Virus record (IMG/VR): IMGVR_UViG_3300025690_000006
Span: 1-28,189 of that record
DNA from: a virus
Taxonomy: Duplodnaviria > Caudoviricetes
Length of the DNA: 28,189 nt
Direction: 5' to 3' (one strand)
The notes beneath the pieces are model-generated. The model was not told the origin of the DNA and did not search any database. It saw nothing but the letters and a program-made list of their open reading frames with translations. Below, one piece after another: positions 15,877-25,300 of the stretch. Position 1 is the stretch's first letter. Every line of letters begins with the position of its first letter. The position numbers and the translations under genes are program-made.

Positions 15877-16326
15877 ATGGCAGAGTATCGATTTTTAGAC
15901 AATGCATTTTGGGAAGAAGAAGATCATTCTAAATTAAAATGTATTCGTATGACCAAACTTGGTCCTGGCAAAGAAAAGAAAGACGAATTGACGGTTCACA
16001 AATTTCAACTTGACGGATCAGAAAATCCGTTGTATAATGAAATTATTGATGCGTTAACAATAGAAGGCATCAATGCTAGTACTGCTAAAAGAATTGCAGA
16101 AAAAGCAAAACGCAAAATTGACGATTCTGTTAAACGAGATCAGGATAAACAGGCTAAAGAGTTAGAAAAACTTTATACTTTAAAATTACAGGCCTTTGAA
16201 ATAGAAGATATAAAAAACTGCAAAGAAACAACTCTTAGGTCTAAAGTACGTAGAGCAAAAAATGAAGTTGAACTCAATGCCTCGGTTACAATGGTAATGG
16301 CATATCAAATGGGTTTTTTTAAATGA
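15877..16326 (+). CDS. Hypothetical protein, possibly a fibre assembly chaperone
   Basis: GAGGA RBS and a Lys/Glu-rich helical C-terminus (LYTLKLQAFEIEDIKN...LRSKVRRAK). The function is inferred only from its position directly after the fibre genes. Confidence 0.6.
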   Translation: MAEYRFLDNAFWEEEDHSKLKCIRMTKLGPGKEKKDELTVHKFQLDGSENPLYNEIIDALTIEGINASTAKRIAEKAKRKIDDSVKRDQDKQAKELEKLYTLKLQAFEIEDIKNCKETTLRSKVRRAKNEVELNASVTMVMAYQMGFFK

Positions 16327-17072
16327 CCCGTGGTTATGTAGTAGTTGGTACCGTTAAAAAATATTTTTACTTATCAGCTATTCATGTTATCGAAACTATT
16401 AAAGCATATAATCCTGATGCTAATGTCACCCTTTTCACTGAAGAACGTTTTTTGGACGGTCAAGAATTTTGTGCGGATAAAGTAGAATTTGTAGCCAGTC
16501 ACAAACGATCTAAGATTGATGGAATGGCAAAATCACCATACGACCAAACATTTTATATTGATGCTGATTGTGATATTGAACACGAAGATATTGCAAAGGT
16601 TTTCGATGAACTTGAAGATAATGATTTAGTTTTCACAGGATTGCCCGAAGAAAGACATTATTGTTACGCTGAAGTCTACTTTCCTGGCGCAACTAAACCA
16701 GATGGTAGTATGGGTGGATTTGAACTTTGTGGAGGAGTGTGTTTATATAACATGACTAATCCTTTGGTAAAAGAATTTATGGTGGATTGGCATGATCTCA
16801 CTATTCGTCAATATGATGGTCATTGGTGGCCATTAAACGAGGATGGCACAGAAGATCTTAAGAACTATCCAGCTTCTTTTAAACGGTGGGATCAATTCTC
16901 TCTTTGGTGGTTGTTAAACAAAGAACCAAAATATGAAACACTCAAAGTTTCGATTTTTAAAGATGATGCCCGTTGGAACTTTTTTAATGGTTATAGAGCA
17001 GAACATAATACTAAACCTGTTGTGATAAGACATTTCTCTAACTCAAAAGCAAAACACAATAACTATGATTAG
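16323..17072 (+). CDS. Glycosyltransferase, GT-A fold (GT8-like / nucleotide-diphospho-sugar transferase)
   Basis: N-terminal GYVVV strand, SPYDQTFYIDAD (DxD motif), GGV, WDQFSL, RWN and a C-terminal VIRH. It is coupled to the upstream gene by an ATGA overlap. Confidence 0.82.
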   Translation: MTRGYVVVGTVKKYFYLSAIHVIETIKAYNPDANVTLFTEERFLDGQEFCADKVEFVASHKRSKIDGMAKSPYDQTFYIDADCDIEHEDIAKVFDELEDNDLVFTGLPEERHYCYAEVYFPGATKPDGSMGGFELCGGVCLYNMTNPLVKEFMVDWHDLTIRQYDGHWWPLNEDGTEDLKNYPASFKRWDQFSLWWLLNKEPKYETLKVSIFKDDARWNFFNGYRAEHNTKPVVIRHFSNSKAKHNNYD

Positions 17073-17745
17073 AATTGGTTTGAAAGATGTACCCTTGAAT
17101 GATTATGCGTTAGATATACTAAAAGGAGCTGAATGGTTTATACAAGATGATCATTATAAAGCAGTGGTTTTATCATGTGAAAGTTTTTTGAATCATTCTG
17201 ACGAATATATTAGTGATCAGTATCTTCAAAAAATTATGGATATGGGCGACAAACATGATGGATTTCCTGAAATTATATGTGCACATTCGTTCGTTTCTAA
17301 GAATATAAAGTTTGTTGATTGTGATGATATAGCAGAAAGGGCTGAGGAGATTAATAAAAACCTCCAAGAGACCATTGGCGGTTTAGTTACTAATTTGTGT
17401 ATGAGAAGAAACGCTCTTTTTGCGGTATATCCTCCTGGAGGATTTATTTCGTGGCACAATAACGCTAATGCATCAGCCTACAACATCATCTTTACTTGGT
17501 CTGAAACAGGAGATGGTTACTTTAAATATTGGGATCCTGATAAAAAAGAAATCATTATAATTCCTGATGTAAAAGGATGGCAATGTAAAGCCGGTTATTT
17601 TGGAAGTTATGATCAAGATTCACGCACATTGTGTTACCACGCCGCTCAAAACAATTGTTTAAGAATGACTATAGCATTTACTCTCAGTAAAGATGAAATG
17701 GCATTAGGTCTGCAAGATATGATTATAGAAGATATTTCGTCTTAG
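17065..17745 (+). CDS. 2OG-Fe(II) oxygenase-like / double-stranded beta-helix protein
   Basis: YPPGGFISWHNN (H-x-N in place of H-x-D), distal YH, and R in CLRMTI; it overlaps the GT gene by 8 nt. Confidence 0.7.
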   Translation: MIRIGLKDVPLNDYALDILKGAEWFIQDDHYKAVVLSCESFLNHSDEYISDQYLQKIMDMGDKHDGFPEIICAHSFVSKNIKFVDCDDIAERAEEINKNLQETIGGLVTNLCMRRNALFAVYPPGGFISWHNNANASAYNIIFTWSETGDGYFKYWDPDKKEIIIIPDVKGWQCKAGYFGSYDQDSRTLCYHAAQNNCLRMTIAFTLSKDEMALGLQDMIIEDISS

Positions 17746-17761
17746 TTCTCATCCCATATTG

Positions 17762-17769
17762 TATAAATA
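17762..17769 (+). promoter_or_regulatory. T4-type late promoter TATAAATA
   Basis: Exact consensus in the intergenic region, 29 nt before the ATG at 17799. Confidence 0.85.
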
Positions 17770-17798
17770 AACTCATACATATATGGAATTAAGATCAC

Positions 17799-18152
17799 AT
17801 GGCACATTACGAAGATCTGAAGATAGATCAAGGCACAGATGTTGCAGTAGAAATTTATCTAGTCAATCCAGATGGTTCAGAAAAAGATTTAACAGGATAC
17901 AGTGTTGCTGCCAGTTTAGCGACACGATATGATGCGCCTAGTTTAGAAAAAATATCGTTCTCTGCTAATGTTGCTGCACCAGCAACCTCAGGGATAGTTA
18001 ATCTGTCATTGACAAATGCACAGACGCAGACACTTAATCCAAAGAAAAGATACGTTTATGATGTAGAAATCTCAGTTCTCGATGGTGGTTCAACCGTTGT
18101 TGAAAGAGTTCTTGAAGGAAAATTAACCGTAAGCCCTTCAGTAACGGAATAA
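17799..18152 (+). CDS. Small virion structural protein, Ig-like (BppU N-terminal-like)
   Basis: IDQGTD...DLTGY.....G.V.LSLT..QT..L...RYVYDVEI......RVLEG..TVSPSVT, a pattern I recall from tail clusters of aquatic T4-like phages. Confidence 0.75.
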   Translation: MAHYEDLKIDQGTDVAVEIYLVNPDGSEKDLTGYSVAASLATRYDAPSLEKISFSANVAAPATSGIVNLSLTNAQTQTLNPKKRYVYDVEISVLDGGSTVVERVLEGKLTVSPSVTE

Positions 18153-18153
18153 T

Positions 18154-19293
18154 ATGGCATCTATAGACAAAATTTTAATAGGATCACCTACTTATAAAAC
18201 AGTAGTCGGAAACGTAACCCGAGTACATAAAGTTGTAGTAGGCACTCCACTATCAACAGTTGTTATCGGACCATATGCCGACATTGACAACATCGTTGGA
18301 TTAGATACTACTGGTAAATCTCAAGGCAATGTCATTTCATATGACTCCGCTTCTGGTGATTTTATTGTTGGCGCCAGCCCAGATCTTGATATTGATGGTA
18401 AATTTTATCCTAGTGATTCTGCACATTCTAATATTCTTATTCGTAGATCAGGCACTCAAGGTGAACCTGTTAAACTACAACAAGGCGAGTTAGCGTATTC
18501 GTTTCTAGCCGATCCTAGTACCAATGGATTTGGCAACGGTGGTGATAGACTATACATTGCAGTTGGTCCTAATGATTCCGCAGGTCTTTCAACCGAGATC
18601 GATGTTATTGGTGGTACTTATTTCACCAATCTATTGAATCATCAACAAGGTACGTTGACTGCTAACAGTGCATTGTTGGTAGGTAGTGACAAACGAATAG
18701 ATCAACTTTTAGCAGACAGTGCTTCGTTTTTAAAACTAACCTCTAACGAAATCTATGCATCTAGTTTCGTAGATACGCCAGTAGTTCAAAATGATTCATT
18801 GGTACTTAAAGGTTCTACCGATAACTATATCTCAGCAACGAATGGAGCTGGTGTAGAGTTCTATTACAACAACAATGTAGCATTTGAAACAGCATCGTTA
18901 ACTGGCAGAAACGGTTTAACGCCAGGTTTATTATTAGGCGAAGATAGAACATTAGAAGTAAATGGACTATCCTTTTTAGATTCAACTACCATTGACGGTG
19001 ATTTGACAATCACCAAAAATCTTATAGTTCAAGGTACGACTACCAGTATAGAAACGACTGAGTTGTTAATTGAAGATAAGAGAATAGTGATTGGTAAGGG
19101 TATTACTAATCCGGTTGATGCAAATCAATCTGGTATTGCCGTAGGCGATTCAGACAATCCTATCGCATCAATCACATATGTTAATAATGGAGTTGATTCT
19201 GATTGTTGGTTATTCAGTCCAGGCATTTGTGCTCCCGATTTAACGGTTGATGAATTGATATTTGAAGAAATCGACTGCGGCACATACGCATAA
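18154..19293 (+). CDS. Tail fibre-like structural protein
   Basis: It contains an ILIRRS....P..LQQGELAY (Mtd/hyaluronidase N-terminal-like) motif, a GDLTI..NLIVQGTTTSI.T..L.IEDK.I fibre motif and a C-terminal IDCGTY. Confidence 0.7.
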   Translation: MASIDKILIGSPTYKTVVGNVTRVHKVVVGTPLSTVVIGPYADIDNIVGLDTTGKSQGNVISYDSASGDFIVGASPDLDIDGKFYPSDSAHSNILIRRSGTQGEPVKLQQGELAYSFLADPSTNGFGNGGDRLYIAVGPNDSAGLSTEIDVIGGTYFTNLLNHQQGTLTANSALLVGSDKRIDQLLADSASFLKLTSNEIYASSFVDTPVVQNDSLVLKGSTDNYISATNGAGVEFYYNNNVAFETASLTGRNGLTPGLLLGEDRTLEVNGLSFLDSTTIDGDLTITKNLIVQGTTTSIETTELLIEDKRIVIGKGITNPVDANQSGIAVGDSDNPIASITYVNNGVDSDCWLFSPGICAPDLTVDELIFEEIDCGTYA

Positions 19294-19296
19294 ATA
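19289..19296 (+). promoter_or_regulatory. Possible variant late promoter CATAAATA
   Basis: One mismatch to the consensus; it overlaps the upstream stop and sits 27 nt before the ATG at 19324. Confidence 0.5.
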
Positions 19297-19323
19297 TAAG
19301 AAGACTGTAGAGACTTATCTAAT

Positions 19324-22300
19324 ATGACAACACGTAAACGAATACTATTACCCAGAAGTGATATACCAGGTCGCGCTCCAACAATCAATGAGATTGATTT
19401 TGGTGAAATTGCTATCAATACACATGATGGTAAAGCGTTTATTAAAAGAGAAGCTAATGGTGAAGTCTCTGTTCAATCTATTGGTTCTGAAGAAGTAGAA
19501 AACGTATATTACGTATCCAAATCAGGAGATTATGGTAACGATGGTCGTTCATTAATAAATTCTTTTAAGACGTTAGATTCCGCAGTTGCCGTTGTAACAG
19601 CCAAACAAAGTTTTAAATTCAACGAGTTGGTGTGTGAAAGAGATTTGAATCTCATCATGGACGCCGTTCGTTATGATATGGTCTTAGACACCAATTACAA
19701 TACTGTCACCGCAGGTAACGCATACAAACGCGGCAATGCAATTAAAGTAACTACCGATCAAAAATATCAGACACGAAGAGCCATTAACGAAGAACGTGTA
19801 GGTATGATCTCTGCACCAGAAGTTGTCGCTAGTCCAACTGCTACACAAAGAGTTAGTAAAGGGTTTACCGAAATCATTGACATATTCTATGATGGCGATC
19901 CTGATGCTTTGTATTACACCGATCCCCCAATTGAAGTATGGGCTGATGCAAACGCTGCTTCTAATGTTATTCAAGACAATCGTTCGGCAATTCAAGATGC
20001 CGTAATTACTTTTATAAACAGTAGTTTTACAGAAACATATGATGCCGTCAAGTGTTCCAGAGATGTGGGTCTTATCTTGAACGCCGTCGCTCGTGATCTT
20101 TTATTGGGTACTGATTATCATACTGTGACTGCTGGATGGGCATATAAGCGGGCAAACTCTGCATATGTTTTGAGCAATCAAAATGATGCGACTATTGCAG
20201 CAATTAACTTTGCGCGAGATTATATTAACGCTCGTGCTAATGTTATTTCTGATACTGATATTACAAATTTGTTTTTAAACGTTACCAACGTTATTGATGG
20301 AACTCAAACAGTTTATCCTACGATCAACTATACGTCTACTGTTGGTTCAACGTATCAGAACGTGGACAGAGATGCAGCATCGGCGGCTGTTCAATCAAAC
20401 CGACAAACTTTGATTGATGATACAACAACGTTTATTAATAACAACTATACCGGTATTGGTGCAACTTGTGAACGTGATCTAGGTCTTATTATAGATGCTG
20501 TTTCTCGTGATCTTATTCTGGGTACTGATTTCTGGACAATTGCTGCGGGTAATTCATATCTTAGAACAAACTCAGCCTACGTACTTTCAGAACAATCTGG
20601 AGTAACCGTAGCGGTTATCAATTACGCAAGAGATCTCATCAAGGCACTTCCTGCTGTAACGTCTGACGCTTTGATTGATACTTTATTTAAACGAGTAACA
20701 GATTGCATTGATGGAACTTTTACGGTAGTTCAATCATACACCACGCTACCTCAAATCGGAACATATGCTAATGTAGCAGGAAGATTACTTCAAACTACAA
20801 CAATCAGTGGCGCCAGATCCAGTTTAGTTAGCAGTCTCACAAGTTTCTTGAGTACCAACTATCCTGCACTTGTTTACGATGTCGCTAAATGTGAACGTGA
20901 TACAGGTTTTATCATTGATGCTTTAATTGCAGATCTGTATTATGGTGGTAACACAGCATCACGTAATGCTGCACTTTCATATTTTTCCTTTACTGTATCA
21001 CAATTAGGTGCTGGCGAAGCGGCCGCTACTGTAGCCGCTTACAACGATCTTGCGACTAATATCAAAGCACTTGCAAACGTTACTGAAGATGCAAGAGTGG
21101 ATACTCTTATTGGTCTTACTACTGGTGTTATCACTGCCGGTAATACAGATTCTCTTTCAGTTGAAGTAGAGATTTCTATTGCGGGATTAACAACCACTGA
21201 ATACGATGCAATAGCCGCATCAGAAAGTACTGTCATTTTAGATACTATCACTTACGGCAGAGAAAATTACTCTTTCTACGATCAAGCGGCATGCGAAAGA
21301 GATGTTGGTTATATATTAGATGGCCTATCATATGATATCAGATATGGTGGTAACACTGCAATGCGTATTAACGCTGAAGCATATCTCGTAGGTGCGGTGT
21401 TACAAATAGGATCAGGTGAGTTAACCGCAACAGTTGCGGCATACAATGATCTTAAAACACGACTAGATGCAGTTGTCTCAACTACACCAGAACAGACGGT
21501 TAAAGATACTTTCATTGATGAGATTGTTGGTGTTATTAACGCTGGCAATACTACTGGTCTAGACGCTGAAGTAGAAATTGGTACAGGTGGATTATCGACT
21601 ACTGAGTTTGATGCAATTCAGGCTGCAATTGCTGATGCACAGACCGCAACGATTGCTTATGTTGACGCTAACTGGGTAAACTCTCTTAGTGGATATGATG
21701 CCGTCAAGTGCGCTCGTGATGCGGGTCTTATCATGGACGCAGTTCGTCGTGATTTGATTTTAGGTACAGATTATAATTCAATCACTGCTGGGTTTGCATA
21801 CAAAAGAGCAAACTCTGCATATGTTCTGAGTGCACAATTAACACCTACTATACAGGCAGTAAACTTCTTACGAGATCAAATTAAAACACTCACTGGTCCT
21901 GCTAGTGATAGTATTATCGATTCTCTGATATTAAAAGTTACTCAGGTACTAGACGGTACGATTACAACTTACACCACACCGACTTATGTAGATACCGCTG
22001 GTGCAACATATCAAACAGCAGATAGAATTGCGGCTACTAATAATATTCAAACTAATCGTGCAACAATCGTTTCAGATTTAACTACTTGGATATCGATTAA
22101 TTATTCTTCATTCTCATACGATATTGCTAAATGTGAACGAGATGTAGGATATATTCTTGATGCGTTGTCGCATGATGTTAAGTATGGTGGTAATACTGCT
22201 GCTAGACAAAATGCTTTAGCATACTTTGTAGGTGCAGTTTCTCAGTTGGGTGTTGGTGAGAACGTTGTAACAGTGCAATCGTATTTACAACTTAAGACGT

Positions 22301-25300
22301 TGATTAACGCCTATGTTACAACTACACCCGAACAGACCAACATCTCAGATCTATTAGATATTATTATTACCGTTATCAGTGATGAAAATTTAGACAGTCT
22401 ACCTGATGAAACAGAAATTGATACCACTGGCTTGGTAACAACGGAATTTGATTCAATATATGCTAATCGATTAGCATTCCAAAACGACACAATTGATTTT
22501 GTTAACGACATGAATCCTGTTAGCAATTTCGATGACGAGAAATGTTTCCGAGACACGGGTTTAATAATTGATGCTGTTGCGCTCGACTTACAGAACAATA
22601 CTAACTACAATAGTGCCACTGCTGGTTTAGCATACAGAAGAGGCAACGCACAGAAAGTTCAGAGTGATCAGTTATCTTATACTGTAGACTCTATCAATTA
22701 TCTTAGAGATCAGATTAATGCTTCTGGTATCAGTGAGGTTAGTCAAACGTTTGTTACGGCACGTTTCAAAGAGATTACGGATCTTCTTACTGAATCTACC
22801 GAGTACGGCGCGTTTGATGGTGATCCATTATTCTATACTGGTTCTGGTAGTGAAAACGCAGATAAAAGAAATGCAATTAATTCTCTTATCGTAAATCGTA
22901 AAAATATTCAAATCGAATTAATTAATTGGATACAAGTCAATTATGATACTTTAAAATACGATCAAGATAAGTGCAATCGTGATGTTGGATATATCATTGA
23001 TGCGTTGGCACATGATATCTTATTTGACGGATCTTTTGCAACTGATACTAACGCAAGATCGTATTGGGTAGGAACAGATTTAAATATTGAAGTTGGAACA
23101 GCGAGTGAGTCTCTTGATGGTGTCGCAGACGTTTGGACTAATCAATTAGGTTCAGGCGAAATCACAGCATCTCTTGCTGCTTATGAACAATTGAAAACTA
23201 TCGTCAACAAGTATATTGTCACATCGGCTGAAGAGACACGAGTTAATACTCTTATAGATGTTATCAGAACGTCAATCGCCGCTGTTGATGGAACTAGTGT
23301 TACAGTTACGTTGCCTACTATTACAGGCGATAGTAATTTGTTTCATGTTAACAGAAACACTTTACAAGAACAAGTGGTGTTTTATGCTAATTCAATATTC
23401 CCAGTATATTCATATGATCAAGTTAAATGTCGAAGAGATGTAGGTTTCATTCTTGATGGTCTATCATATGATCTTAAGTATGGCGGTAATAGTGCAACTT
23501 ATACGAATCAAAGATCTTATTTTTCTATATTCTCTAATGGATATGGTGATCTTTTGGGTCAGAACGAAATTACAGCCACGATTTCCGCTTATGAAAATCT
23601 TAAATCAATCATTGCTGGATACACGGCAGGTCTCAACACAGACAACATAAACAAGGTTATTGATCTTCTCGATATAATTATTAACTCGGTTCAACAATCT
23701 TCTGTTGGTACTTACACACTGGGTGAGTTCTTTGATGGTGCTGCAATTTATCAATACAATGTGCCAACAGGATCAGACCCATTGGCATTCCCAGATCTGA
23801 TTACGTTGGGTCACAAAGTCATATATAACGATTTGTACTTAGCACATCAAGCATTTGACGTTGGAGCTTCTCAGCGGTTAACTGTCATTCGATCATCCAA
23901 TGCAGTTGCAAAAAACCAAGGCACTGACTCAACAATCTTCCTGAAGTCGGGTGACTATATTGTCAACAATCCTATTAAGTTACCACCTAAGACTGCGATC
24001 ATTGGTGATGCGCTTCGTGCGTGTACGATCAGACCTAAGAACGTTGATAGTGATATCTTCTGGGCAGACAATGGTGTGTACATTAAAGAAATTACGTTCC
24101 GAGATCATCAAGACGGCGCTGCTGTTCTTGCGTTTGATCCTCGCGTTGACTCTGCCAAAGCAGGTCCATTCATCACACAGTCACCATACGTACAGAACTG
24201 TACTTCATTAACTTCATCTGGTATCGGTTTACGTATTGATGGATCAAAAGTATCAGGTCTTCGTTCAATGGTACTAGACGCATTCACACAGTTTAACGCT
24301 GGTGGTACAGGTGTGCATCTCCTGAACCGTGGTTACGCACAGTTAGTATCATTGTTTACAGTATCAACGACTACTTCTGTTCTAGCAACTTCTGGTGGTC
24401 AGTGTTCATTAACGAACTCTAACTCATCTTTTGGTGAACGTGGTCTTGTAGCAACAGGTGGTAGTAAGTCTTTGTATAATGGTTCTGTTCATGCCAACTA
24501 CATTCAGAATGACGAAGTAATACGTATTAATAACATTATCACACAAGACTCTGCTGATTACACGTTGAATCTTGGTGATTACAAGAAACCAAACTATAAC
24601 GATGCTATTCGGTTCGACTCTGATAATTATTATTATACTGTACTAAACGTATCTGATGAGATAACTCAAGATTGGGCAACCACAGGTAACACTACAGAAA
24701 ACGCACAAGGTGTGTTTAACACTACTGCATCGTTTCCACAACAGACCAAAACAAATAATGGTCTGATGGGTTACTCTACTCATATGAGTCAAGACGATCT
24801 CTACTTAGTCATCACCGAAATAAATGATGCTGCTGGTAAAGCAGAAATCTACACGAAAGATATCGTCGGGGGTGTTCCTCAGTGGGATTATCAAGCACAA
24901 GTTATACCTACACCTATAGCACCGGCTGTAGTAGATGCGAACACTAACTTTGGTGAAGTCGCTTTGTTAAATGAAACTGGTGATTTTCTTGCTGTATCCG
25001 CACCCGCACAACAAAAGGTTGATGCAACAAATGCTACCGTAGAAAACGGTGCAGTTTACATGTATGAAAGAACCGGATCTAGTTGGAGCCAACATTCTGT
25101 CGTATTCTTACCAGGCGTAACCGACAGAAACAGATCTTTTGGTAGATCAATGGATTTGAGTGAAGATGGTTTAACACTCATCGTATCTACTGATAACGAT
25201 ACTGGACCAGCCACACAAGGCGCTGTTTATTATTATCTGAGAACGTTAGATGATCCTTCTACTTGGGTTCAACAACAACGAATTATTTTTCCAGATGGTA

